Shown here: positions 54,579-64,000 of the stretch, piece after piece | Layout of the letters: every line of letters begins with the position of its first letter | Position numbering within the stretch: position 1 is the stretch's first letter | Origin: Planktothrix sp. GU0601_MAG3 | GTDB taxonomy: Bacteria > Cyanobacteriota > Cyanobacteriia > Cyanobacteriales > Microcoleaceae | Direction: 5' to 3' | Length of the DNA stretch: 64,000 nucleotides | NCBI GenBank assembly: GCA_035193785.1 | Contig: CP136572.1 | Location: forward strand, 3,349,376-3,413,375 | Translations under genes and position numbers: made by a program | Notes under the pieces: model-generated | What the model was told of the DNA's origin: nothing | The model's database searches: none | Seen by the model: the letters and a program-made list of their open reading frames with translations, nothing else

Positions 54579-56523
54579 ATGGGAAAAACTCTATTTTTGC
54601 GTTGGTTAATGCCTGGTTTCGTCAGCTTTTTTATCCTGACCTCTCCCGCCAAAGCAGCCAGTCTGCAATCTTGGCAATTTGAAAGCTCTCAAAACCGCCT
54701 CAGCTTTACCACCGATGGGGGGGTACAACCCAAAGCTCAACTGCTCTCCAACCCCGCCCGATTAGTCATTGATTTGCCCGGAACCAGTTTAGGGGGCGTC
54801 AACCGTCAACAATTAATTGGGGGAGCAATTCGGGAAATTCGAGTCGGTCAGGTCGATAACCAAACCACAAGGATTGTGGTGGAATTGGTTGATGGTTATA
54901 CTCTCGATCCTCAAGGAGTACAATTTAGGGGGATTTCCCCGACCCAGTGGACGGTACAACTACCCTCGCCTCAAGCCGTCGGCACCCCGGCTCCTGTTCC
55001 GGTAACGGCCGCAACCCGTCCCGCCCTGTCTATACCCCAAACCCCGCCCGTCAGACCCCCCGCCCCAGCACCTGTTCCTTTGCCCAGGAGCCTGCCTCAA
55101 CAGACCGTTAATCGTTCTATTTCCCAGCAGCCTCAAACCACCTTAGCTCAGGTCGAGGTGCGGGATAATGGCATTGTGCTGCATACTACGGGCAAAATGG
55201 CTGATATTGAATTTAAACAAAGTCAAGATCGCAGTTGGATGACTTTGGATATTCTAGGTGCCATCTTAGCAGCCCGTTCAAACAGCACTGGAAAACAGGT
55301 GAACCGAGATGGGGTGACGGTTTCTCAAGTCACCCAACTCTCAAATAACCCCCCAGTGGTTCGGGTAACCATGAGTACCCCGCAACGAAATCAAAACTGG
55401 CAAGCCCGGTCATCGGCCGGAGGCGTGGCCGTTTGGCCCCAGGGAAGCACTCCCCCAGCCGTCCAATTATCGGGGGGATTTGCTCAAATTCGTTCCGTGG
55501 AAATCCGCAATCAACAACTTCTGATCCAAGCTGATCAGCCTCTGAACTATAGTAGCGGTTGGGATAATCAAACTCAGTCCTATAGTATTACCTTTTTCTC
55601 CGCAGCCTTGGCCGAAGGCGTTGCCTTACCCCAACGACAGGTGGGAAGTCCGATTATTTGGACGAGGGTACGTCGGGAAGATCCCCAAACCTTTACCCTA
55701 TTAATTAAACCGGCAACTCGCATTGAAGTGGGACAAATTAGCCAAGGCAGTCCTCAACAGCTTGCCTTAGCCTTTGTGGGAGAGGGCCTGGGAACCGGAA
55801 CTTCGGTTCGTCCCCCCTTTGCTACGGTTCCCACCCCTAACCCTAGACCCTTTCCCCCTAGAAACTAATCCTAATCCCTCACCTTTTCCCCCTCGTTCTA
55901 ATCCTCCTCAAACTAATATCAATCCCTTCCCCTTCCCACCCCGCACCGCTAACCCCCCCTCTAATAATCCGATTTCCAATGGTCGGGTGGTGGTAATTAT
56001 TGATCCTGGACATGGGGGAAGTGATGCGGGTGCTGTGGGGGTGGGAGGACTGCAAGAAAAAGATGTGGTATTCTCAATTTCTCAACAGGTGGCGCAGATT
56101 TTGCAGCAAAATGGAGTACAGGCGGTGATGACTCGTCTGGATGATCGCACCGTTGAGTTAGAACCCCGGGTAGACATGGCGAATCGGATAAATGCAACCT
56201 TGTTTGTGAGTATTCACGCCAATGCGGCCACAAATGCAGCGGCTAGTGGGATTGAAACCTATTACTACAGTAGCGGAGCTCGTCTGGCCCAATATGTTCA
56301 AAACAGTATGATTAGTAGTTTTTCCCAAATTCCGAACCGTGGTGTCAAGACCGCTCGTTTTTATGTACTGCGAAATACTTCTATGCCTTCGATATTAGTG
56401 GAAACGGGGTTTGTTACTAATAATTATGATGCCTATATGTTAGGCGATCCCTCTCAACGGGGACGCATGGCCCAAGCAATCGCCCAAGGGATTCTGCAAT
56501 ATTTAAGGGATAACCGATATTGA
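54579..56523 (+). CDS. N-acetylmuramoyl-L-alanine amidase (AmiC-like) with two N-terminal AMIN domains and a Pro-rich linker. The frame is broken at ~55857-55866 (ctaGAAACTaat); the ORF track shows 54507..55868 and 55774..56523
   Basis: Signal peptide MGKTLFLRWLMPGFVSFFILTSPAKA. AMIN repeats (RLSFTTDGGVQPKAQLLSNPARLVIDLPG). Amidase_3 domain VVIIDPGHGGSDAGAVG...VSIHANA...ETGFVTN. Removing one A reads through the PxP linker into the catalytic domain. Confidence 0.75.
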
Positions 56524-56747
56524 ACTACTCACCGCAATAGGTTGTGGTAGGGGCAATTCATTAATTTTCCCTGCCACAATGATTAAATTTCAAAAAATAT
56601 TACCCCTGTTCCTTGTTCCCTAGCGCATAGCGCTATAGCAAATTATTATATATCGGTTTTTGTGCCAATAAAAAACCCCACCTGACGAATCAGGCAGGGT
56701 CTTTAAAATTAACAATCTAAGCAGTGATTAGACTTCTAGGTAAAACC

Positions 56748-58209
56748 CTAGTCTAAGTCGGGCATAGACAGTACAGCTTCCGATTTCCGGTCAATACCTT
56801 TCTCAAAACCAGCCACCGCAGCCCGGGCGCGACCCGCGTGCCAAAGGTGACCAATCAAGAAGAAGAAGCCCACGATGAAGTGGAAACCAGCCAACCAAGC
56901 CCGGGGGTTAACATAGTTAAACCCTTGAGCTTCGGTAATGATTCCACCCACGGAGTTAATCGAACCGTTAGGAGCGTGGGTCATGTACTCAGAAGCGCGA
57001 CGAATTTGCCAAGGTTGGATATCGTTTTTCAGCTTGTTGAGGTCAAGACCGTTGGGGCCACGCAGAGGCTCTAACCAGGGGCCACGGAAATCCCAGAAGC
57101 GCATGGTTTCACCACCAAAGATGATTTCCCCTGTAGGAGAACGCATCAGGTATTTACCCAGACCCGTCGGGCCTTGGGCGGAACCGATATTGGCTCCCAG
57201 TTTTTGGTCACGGACTAAGAACACAAAGGACTGAGCCTGAGAAGATTCAGCGTTTGTGGGGCCGTAGAACTCGCTGGGATAAGCGGTATTATTGAACCAA
57301 ACATAGGAAGCGGCGATAAAGCCCATCAAGGACAGAGCGCCTAAACTGTAAGACAGATAAGCCTCTCCAGACCAGATGAAAGCCCGACGCGCCCAGCCAA
57401 AGGGTTTGGTTAGGATGTGCCAGATACCACCGGCAATGCAGATCAGACCAATCCAGATGTGACCGCCGATGATGTCTTCCATGTTGTCAACACCGATGAT
57501 CCAGCCTTCTCCCCCAAAAGGAGCCTTAGCCAAATAGCCAAAGATCGCGGCGGGGTTGAGAGTCGGATTGGCAATCACACGGACGTCGCCACCACCCGGG
57601 GCCCAAGTGTCATAGACACCCCCAAAGAACATGGCTTTGAACACTAACAGGAAAGCCCCCAGACCCAAGATAATCAGGTGATACCCGATAATATTGGTCA
57701 TTTGGTTTTTATCTTTCCAGTCATAACCAAAGAAAGAAGAATATTCTTCTAAAATTTCAGGGCCACGGACGGCATGATAAATACCGCCTAAACCCAAAAC
57801 CGCAGAGGAAATTAAGTGCAGAAACCCCAATCACGAAGTAGGGGAAGGTATCGATCACTTCACCACCAGGGCCCACACCCCATCCGAGGGTAGCCATGTG
57901 GGGGATCAGGATCAAACCTTGTTCATACATGGGCTTTTCAGGAACGAAGTGAGCCACTTCAAACAGGGTCATCGCCCCAGCCCAGAACACGATCAAACCA
58001 GCGTGAGCAACGTGAGCGCCCAGCAACTTACCAGACAAATTAATCAGACGGGCATTACCTGACCACCAGGCGAATCCAGTGGATTCTAGGTCACGGCCGC
58101 CGACATAAGAAGTATTAGAGAGCGTTACCACGCGGTAATACCTCCTCAGGGAAAATAAAGTTTTCGTGGGGTTGATCCGCAGGAGCCATCCAAGCCCGCA
58201 GACCTTCAT
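56748..58209 (-). CDS. psbC: photosystem II CP43 chlorophyll apoprotein. The frame is broken at ~57818-57830 (gcaGAAACCcc = GGGGTTTCTGC on the coding strand). The 5' end overlaps psbD as usual and the exact start codon is uncertain
   Basis: ...[37 protein letters not shown]... and the C-terminal ...[23 protein letters not shown] are near-identical to CP43. Removing one T joins [15 protein letters not shown]. Confidence 0.9.
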
Positions 58210-59173
58210 TTAACAGAATGTTCTTAGTATAGAACGTTTCAAATTCAGGATCTTCCGCCGCCCGTAACTCTTGGGAAACGAAATCATAAGCCCGTAGGTT
58301 CAGAGCTAAACCAACAATGCCGATGGAACTCATCCACAGACCCGTGACGGGCACGAATAACATGAAAAAGTGTAACCAACGTTTGTTAGAAAAAGCAATC
58401 CCGAAAATTTGTGACCAAAAACGGTTGGCGGTCACCATCGAATAGGTTTCTTCAGCTTGAGTTGGTTCAAAAGCCCGGAATGTATTGGCTGTATCCCCAT
58501 CTTCAAACAGAGTATTTTCTACCGTCGCTCCGTGAATAGCGCACAACAGCGCACCACCCAGGATTCCAGCCACTCCCATCATGTGGAAGGGGTTCAGCGT
58601 CCAGTTATGGAAGCCTTGCAGGAACAGAATAAACCGGAAAATTCCAGCTACCCCAAAGCTAGGGCCAAAGAACCAACTAGATTGACCCAAGGGGTACATC
58701 AGGAAGACACTGACGAACACCGCAATCGGGCCAGTAAAGGCGATCGCGTTATAGGGACGAATACCGACTAAACGGGCGATTTCCAACTGACGCAGACAAA
58801 ATCCGATCAGGGCAAAAGCACCGTGCAGAGCAATAAAAGCCCATAAACCGCCCAGTTGACACCAACGGGTGAAATCCCACTGAGCTTCAGGCCCCCAGAG
58901 GAACAGCAGGGAATGTCCCAAGCTGTTAGCGGGGCTACTGACGGCTGCGGTAATGAAATTGCAGCCTTCTAAATAAGAGCTTGCTAAACCGTGGGTGTAC
59001 CAGGAAGTCACAAAGGTTGTTCCAGTTAACCAGCCACCGAGAGCTAGATAAGCACAGGGGAACAGCAGAACTCCTGACCAACCCACGAAGACGAAGCGAT
59101 CGCGTTTGAGCCAGTCGTCGAGGACATCAAAGGTGCCTCTCTCAACTTGCGGCCGTTCGACTGCTATAGTCAT
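58115..59173 (-). CDS. psbD: photosystem II D2 protein
   Basis: [34 protein letters not shown]...[12 protein letters not shown] is a full-length D2, 352 aa from ATG 59173. The ORF-track start at 59236 is an upstream in-frame extension. Confidence 0.9.
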   Translation of the reverse strand: MTIAVERPQVERGTFDVLDDWLKRDRFVFVGWSGVLLFPCAYLALGGWLTGTTFVTSWYTHGLASSYLEGCNFITAAVSSPANSLGHSLLFLWGPEAQWDFTRWCQLGGLWAFIALHGAFALIGFCLRQLEIARLVGIRPYNAIAFTGPIAVFVSVFLMYPLGQSSWFFGPSFGVAGIFRFILFLQGFHNWTLNPFHMMGVAGILGGALLCAIHGATVENTLFEDGDTANTFRAFEPTQAEETYSMVTANRFWSQIFGIAFSNKRWLHFFMLFVPVTGLWMSSIGIVGLALNLRAYDFVSQELRAAEDPEFETFYTKNILLNEGLRAWMAPADQPHENFIFPEEVLPRGNAL

Positions 59174-59517
59174 TGGGTGAACGATCCTCTTGGGTTTATG
59201 TAAAACATTATCCTTCGTGAAGTACCCAGCAATCAATCGGAATTGCGATTTTTGCCTGGGTTGACCCTTTTACTGGTTTGACCCTCTGTGGGAATCATGC
59301 CGAACTCCGTTCGGTCGAAGGTCTCACAAAGCAGTTTCTACCCCTTGCGGGATAAACTGTTCAGTAATTGGTCTAATGCTTATCGCCTCCAGCTTTTTCC
59401 CTCGTTTAACCGGGGGACATTTAGCGGTAGACTGTTAAGCAAGTTAACATAACTATATATTACAGTTAACAATTTTGGCAAAGGTGTCAACGGTCAAGAT
59501 CCACACTCCTACGTTCC

Positions 59518-60084
59518 ATGAGTACCCAAACAAAGACTACAACGAATCAAATTCTTTCTCAGAAAGTTACGGGTTCCCGTCGCTTCAGCAACTATTGGTG
59601 GGCCAGTGTGATCTCCATTGGCGGCACGGGTTTCCTTCTATCCGGTATTTCCAGCTATTTGAAAATTAATCTTTTACCCTTCGCCGATCCGACTCAACTA
59701 ATCTTTATCCCCCAAGGCATTGTCATGGGGTTATATGGAGCCGCTGCTTTATTGCTGGCTTTGTATTTATGGTTAGTGATTCTCTGGGATTTGGGCGGGG
59801 GATACAATGAATTTAACTGGGATACGGGAAAAGTTAGTATTTTCCGATGGGGGTTTCCTGGAAAAAACCGCAAGGTTGAGTTCAGTAGCAACCTTAATAA
59901 TATTCAATCCATTCGTGTTGATATCAAGGATGGAATTAACCCCCGTCGAGCTTTGTATCTCAAACTCAAAGACCGTCGGGAAATCCCCCTAACCCGTGTG
60001 GGCCAACCCCTCCCCCTGTCCGATGTGGAAAACCAAGGGGCAGAATTAGCTAAGTTTTTACAAGTCCCCTTAGAAGGCTTGTAG
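59518..60084 (+). CDS. ycf4: photosystem I assembly protein Ycf4
   Basis: [28 protein letters not shown]...LLPFADP and two transmembrane helices are the Ycf4 signature. Confidence 0.85.
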   Translation: MSTQTKTTTNQILSQKVTGSRRFSNYWWASVISIGGTGFLLSGISSYLKINLLPFADPTQLIFIPQGIVMGLYGAAALLLALYLWLVILWDLGGGYNEFNWDTGKVSIFRWGFPGKNRKVEFSSNLNNIQSIRVDIKDGINPRRALYLKLKDRREIPLTRVGQPLPLSDVENQGAELAKFLQVPLEGL

Positions 60085-60106
60085 AAACCTCCGACTGAAA
60101 AAAAAG

Positions 60107-60880
60107 TTGAAACCTAAGATGAAAAAACTCAACACACAGCAATGGTTTTTACCAGTTTTGCTGATTTGTGTATTAATCTTCGGGGGCTGTGCCACTAATA
60201 CAACCTCCACCGAAATCCAAAATAACAATCCTGCTGGTAGTCAAGCTGCTACACCTATTTCCCAAAATCCAACTCAACCTATGACAACAAATTTACCTCA
60301 ATTAAATGGAAAAGCTACGGTGGTGATGACGGTCAACGGATCGCCGATTACGATTGAAGTGGACGGAACCAATGCCCCGGTTACGGCCGGAAACTTTGTT
60401 GATCTAGTCAATAAGGGAGTTTACGACGGTCTGGTCTTCCATCGGGTTGTCCGTAAGCCTGATCCCTTCGTGGTTCAAGGGGGCGATCCCCAAAGTAAAG
60501 ATCCCAAGTTCCCCAGCGCTAGATTAGGTACTGGGGGATTTATTGATCCGGCTACCTCGAAAGAACGCATGATTCCCTTAGAAATTAAGCCCAAAGGCGC
60601 GGAACAGCCGATTTATAGTAAAACCTTAGAAAGCGCCCGGATCACCGCCGCCCCCGTTTTATCCCACCGTCGCGGTGCTGTGGCTATGGCCCGTTCTCAA
60701 TTTCCCGATTCTGCTTCCTCGCAGTTCTATTTTTCCTTGGCGGAATTACCCTTTCTGGATGGGAGTTATGCGGTTTTTGGGAATGTTACCGATGGGATGA
60801 ATGTGGTTGATCAGATTGAACAGGGTGATCGCATTGACTCAGCTAAGGTGACGCAAGGTTTAGAAAATCTGAAAAATTAA
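60107..60880 (+). CDS. cyclophilin-type peptidyl-prolyl cis-trans isomerase, lipoprotein/secreted
   Basis: Lipobox LIFGGCATN. Cyclophilin core FHRVVRKPDPFVVQGGDP...FYFSLAELPFLDGSYAVFGNV. Confidence 0.85.
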   Translation: MKPKMKKLNTQQWFLPVLLICVLIFGGCATNTTSTEIQNNNPAGSQAATPISQNPTQPMTTNLPQLNGKATVVMTVNGSPITIEVDGTNAPVTAGNFVDLVNKGVYDGLVFHRVVRKPDPFVVQGGDPQSKDPKFPSARLGTGGFIDPATSKERMIPLEIKPKGAEQPIYSKTLESARITAAPVLSHRRGAVAMARSQFPDSASSQFYFSLAELPFLDGSYAVFGNVTDGMNVVDQIEQGDRIDSAKVTQGLENLKN

Positions 60881-61046
60881 TGAACCATTAAGAAGTGTAA
60901 ACATTACGCTTCCTGGGGTGGGTGAAGCCGTGAAAGCAGCCAAGACACCCACCCTAAAAATTGCCATTATCTTTATTTAAACTGAATTCTAGGAAGTCAG
61001 AATCACTCTAAAATCCCAATTTCTGATTTCTAATTCCTCACAAATA

Positions 61047-62189
61047 ATGAATGTTATTGTTACTGGTATTGGTTTAATCTCTGCATTAGGAAATTTGGAG
61101 AAAACCTGGAAAAAATTGTTATCGGGTCAGTCGGGAATATTCCCCCATCAACCTTTCGGTGAACTTCCGACAAAACCCTTGGCTTTAATTCATAGTACCC
61201 CGTCTGATCCTACGGAATTATTAGAAACTGCGATCGCCGATGCCTTAATTATGGCTAATTTAACCCCTCCTTTATTAGACTGTGGGGTTGTCATGGGTTC
61301 GAGTCGGGGGTATCAGGGAAAATTGGAACAATTAGCGGGATTTTACCCCTGCTTACTAAGAGAGGATGAAGGGATTAATTTAAGCAAATTTGTAGATTAT
61401 TTACCTTTTAATATTGCTTTAAATGCAGCTAAAAAAATAGGTTCTACGGAAATTATTTTATCACCAATGGCGGCTTGTTCTACGGGAATTTGGGCGATCG
61501 CTCAAGGATTTGAACTGATTAAAACCCAACGGTGTGAACGGGTAATTGTTGGGGCTGTGGAAGCACCCATTACTCCTTTAACCTTAGCAGGATTTGAACA
61601 AATGGGAGCCTTAGCTAACACAGGTTGCTATCCTTTTGATCGAGATCGAGAGGGATTTGTTTTAGGGGAAGGTGCGGCTATTTTTATCTTAGAATCAGAG
61701 GATTTAGCCCAACGGCGAAAGGCTCAAATTTATGGGGAAATATTAGGATTTGGATTGACAGCAGATGCTGGTTATAGTAATAAACCTGATCTAGTTGGAA
61801 AAAGTGCGATCACCGCCATTCAAACCTGTTTAAAAAATAGTAATTTATCGAGGGATAAAATTGATTATATTCATACCCATGGAACCGCTACAAAATTAAA
61901 TGATGACCATGAAGTTAAATTAATTAAACAGTTATTTCCCTCGGGTGTTTCTGTTAGTTCAACAAAAGGCGCGACGGGACACACATTAGGGGCGTCAGGA
62001 GCTTTAGGAGTGGCTTTTAGTTTAATGACATTAAAAGATCAACTTCTCCCCCCCTGTGTGGGTTTAAAAACACCGGAATTTGATTTGGATTTTGTTACCT
62101 GCGTTCGTTCTAGTATCGTTAAAAATATTCTCTGTTTTAGTTTTGGATTTGGAGGACAAAATGCTATTATTGCAATTGGTAAAGCCTAA
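61047..62189 (+). CDS. beta-ketoacyl-[ACP] synthase family protein (short KAS II-like)
   Basis: Active-site Cys region SPMAACSTGIWAI. His motifs IHTHGTATKLND and GATGHTLGASG. C-terminal CFSFGFGGQNA. Confidence 0.75.
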   Translation: MNVIVTGIGLISALGNLEKTWKKLLSGQSGIFPHQPFGELPTKPLALIHSTPSDPTELLETAIADALIMANLTPPLLDCGVVMGSSRGYQGKLEQLAGFYPCLLREDEGINLSKFVDYLPFNIALNAAKKIGSTEIILSPMAACSTGIWAIAQGFELIKTQRCERVIVGAVEAPITPLTLAGFEQMGALANTGCYPFDRDREGFVLGEGAAIFILESEDLAQRRKAQIYGEILGFGLTADAGYSNKPDLVGKSAITAIQTCLKNSNLSRDKIDYIHTHGTATKLNDDHEVKLIKQLFPSGVSVSSTKGATGHTLGASGALGVAFSLMTLKDQLLPPCVGLKTPEFDLDFVTCVRSSIVKNILCFSFGFGGQNAIIAIGKA

Positions 62190-62300
62190 TCACGGATTTG
62201 GACGGATTAACGGGATTTCACGGATTTAGTTTCAGGTTGTGACGCTTAGGGGTACTCATTGAACATAATCTAAATTGATCAAGGCTAATTACAATAAATA

Positions 62301-63434
62301 ATGCCATTAACTGAACGTTTATCTAAAATTAAATGGGAGCATATTCCCTCAACCCTATCTTTATTTTCGGGATGTGGAGGAATGGATTTACCTTTACATA
62401 AAGCAGGATTTAACGTGGTTTGGGCGATTGATGCGAATGGGGATGCTTGTCAAACTTTTCGCCGGAATATTGGGGATGTAATTGTTCATAATCAAATTGA
62501 AAATATTAATATTGCTGAAGTTCCTGATGCGGATTTAATTACGGGGGGTTTCCCTTGTCAAGATTTTTCAATGATTTGGAAACGTCCGGGATTAGAAGGG
62601 GAACGAGGAAATTTATATACTTATTTTCTGAAATTTGTTCAAGATAAAAGACCGAAAGCGTTTATTGCTGAAAATGTTAAAGGGTTATTAAGTGCGAATA
62701 ATTATCAAGCAATTCAACGGATTATTGCTGATTTTGAGAATATTGAACCAGGGTATTTAGTCAAACCCAAACTCTATAATTTTGCCGATTATGGGGTTCC
62801 CCAATTTCGAGAACGGGTATTATTAGTGGGAATTAGAAAAGATACGGGATTTAATTTTATTCATCCTCAACCGGAATATGGGTTAAATCGAAAATATCCC
62901 TATCGGACTGCATCGGACGCATTAGCAGGGGTAGAAAATATTTCCAATAATAATGAACATCAAAAGATTCAACCGAGAACTATTGAAATTTTAAAACGAA
63001 TTAAACCAGGTGGCAATTTTACCGATATTCCTAAAGATAGCGAATATTATGTTAAAGGCATGATTAGTCATGTTTATCGACGTTTACACCCCGACCAACC
63101 TTCGACTACTGTTATCGCAGGGGGAGGCGGCGGAACTTGGGGATATCATTACGATGAACCCAGGGCATTAACCAATCGGGAACGCGCTAGGTTACAATCT
63201 TTTCCAGATGATTTTATCTTTGAAGGATCATTTACAGAAATTCGCCGCCAAATTGGGAATGCGGTTCCTCCTGATGGTATTGTGGCGTTAATTGTAGGGT
63301 TAATTCCTTTATTTACTGGGGAATATCAGAGTGTTGATTTATATAAGTTAAGTGAAAATTTGCAAAAATTATCAATTAAAGAAAGATTGAAATTAGCGGG
63401 TCAAGAAAACCATGAATTAGTATCACTCCGGTAA
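62301..63434 (+). CDS. DNA (cytosine-5)-methyltransferase
   Basis: Motif I LFSGCGG, motif IV GGFPCQDFS, motif VI ENVKGLL, and the C-terminal QIGNAVPP. Confidence 0.9.
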   Translation: MPLTERLSKIKWEHIPSTLSLFSGCGGMDLPLHKAGFNVVWAIDANGDACQTFRRNIGDVIVHNQIENINIAEVPDADLITGGFPCQDFSMIWKRPGLEGERGNLYTYFLKFVQDKRPKAFIAENVKGLLSANNYQAIQRIIADFENIEPGYLVKPKLYNFADYGVPQFRERVLLVGIRKDTGFNFIHPQPEYGLNRKYPYRTASDALAGVENISNNNEHQKIQPRTIEILKRIKPGGNFTDIPKDSEYYVKGMISHVYRRLHPDQPSTTVIAGGGGGTWGYHYDEPRALTNRERARLQSFPDDFIFEGSFTEIRRQIGNAVPPDGIVALIVGLIPLFTGEYQSVDLYKLSENLQKLSIKERLKLAGQENHELVSLR

Positions 63435-63890
63435 ATAATCGGGGTTTAAAGTGTCCTCTTGGGAAAACGGTGATTCTACAGGAAAGGTATTAATTGATAA
63501 TCCCGTTTCATCAGCAGCTAATTCTCTGGCATCTTGATAACATTCTTGAAAAACTTCAAGAAAATATCGCTTTAAACTGGGACTATTTTTAAAATCATTT
63601 CGTAATCTTTTGCGATGTTCTCGAATAGTAAATAGCCAGCTATTCGTTCGTTTATCAGATTGATACTTATATTTTAATAGGTGCATTAATAAAATCCTGA
63701 GATTACTCTCAATTGCAGATTTTTCACTTCTTCCCATAGCTTCTAATTCTTCAATTAAATTAACCATATCAACTTCAGCTAATTTTCCATGTTGTAACTG
63801 ATGAATAGTATTCATTAACCACAAATGATAATCTTCTTCGTATAAACCAGAAGTTTGTTTAGATTCTGTGATGGAGAGTTGGGTTGTCAT
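63423..63890 (-). CDS. DUF29 domain protein
   Basis: 155 aa starting MTTQLSITESKQTSGLYEEDYHLWLMNTIHQLQ, which matches the conserved N-terminus of the cyanobacterial DUF29 family. Confidence 0.7.
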   Translation of the reverse strand: MTTQLSITESKQTSGLYEEDYHLWLMNTIHQLQHGKLAEVDMVNLIEELEAMGRSEKSAIESNLRILLMHLLKYKYQSDKRTNSWLFTIREHRKRLRNDFKNSPSLKRYFLEVFQECYQDARELAADETGLSINTFPVESPFSQEDTLNPDYLPE

Positions 63891-63902
63891 GGGATATCCT
63901 AG

Positions 63903-64000
63903 ACTCAGTTAATTTTAATTATAGCAAATTGATAAGAGGGAACAGGGAACAGGGAACAGGGAACAGGGAATAGGGAATAGGGAATAGGGAATAGGGAATA
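63903..64000. repeat. tandem heptamer repeat GGGAACA/GGGAATA running to the end of the window
   Basis: gggaacagggaacagggaacagggaatagggaatagggaatagggaatagggaata. Confidence 0.85.

Noticed and set aside
1-64000. Frameshifts as genuine pseudogenisation (an island of decaying genes)
   Set aside because: Affected genes include essential ones (ppc, purD, psbC). Each gene has exactly the insertion needed. 19 of 20 sites share the GTTTC motif, so real decay is not credible. An artefact or single systematic process is far more likely.
1-64000. tRNA, rRNA, tmRNA genes
   Set aside because: No T-loop-like GTTCGAATC/GTTCAAATC context was found with acceptor-stem pairing. The only GGTTCGA instances are inside a MITE (44608) and the KAS CDS (61310).

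Overview
This 64 kb window comes from a cyanobacterial chromosome. Evidence is the many HIP1 octamers (GCGATCGC), photosystem II genes psbD/psbC with the typical overlap, ycf4, cp12, flavodiiron genes and an NblS/Hik33-type kinase. It is rich in short tandem repeats (CAGTTAT and GGGAATA heptamers, a GGGGAGCAGGGG-type dodecamer) and small palindromic or MITE-like elements, which resembles Arthrospira/Limnospira-like filamentous cyanobacteria. That taxonomic guess is tentative. Gene content from start to end:
- VIT + vWA domain protein (5' end outside the window), dusA, a hypothetical membrane protein, ispD.
- An IS200/IS605-family tnpB-only element, a GT9 glycosyltransferase, arsM.
- A type II restriction-modification pair (beta-class DPPY methyltransferase plus a putative endonuclease).
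- A complete glucose-family PTS: an EIIA(Glc)-HPr-EI multiphosphoryl transfer protein and a PtsG-like EIICBB'.
- An RTX-repeat protein, a ComF-family protein, a PEP-synthase-like protein, a YbjN-like protein, PEP carboxylase.
- A 1220 aa repeat protein, then an NfeD homologue and two tandem flotillins, a DUF2809-like protein, two tandem flavodiiron genes.
- cp12, a FIST-domain protein, a CheC/CheX-like protein, two metallophosphoesterases, an L,D-transpeptidase, KDPG aldolase (eda), an amino-acid ABC substrate-binding protein.
- A pentapeptide-repeat protein, several hypotheticals, purD, an NblS-like kinase, an AMIN-domain amidase (AmiC-like), psbD-psbC, ycf4, a cyclophilin, a KAS-family enzyme, a C5 DNA methyltransferase and a DUF29 protein.
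No tRNA, rRNA or CRISPR array was seen. The most striking sequence-level signal is that about half of the genes are interrupted by frameshifts. 19 of the 20 interruptions analysed lie exactly at GTTTC (or GAAAC on the other strand), and removing one or two T restores the expected protein. This looks like a motif-specific insertion artefact, possibly linked to DNA modification, rather than real gene decay. Gene spans below are therefore the reconstructed full genes. Coordinates are approximate to a few nucleotides where I derived them by hand.
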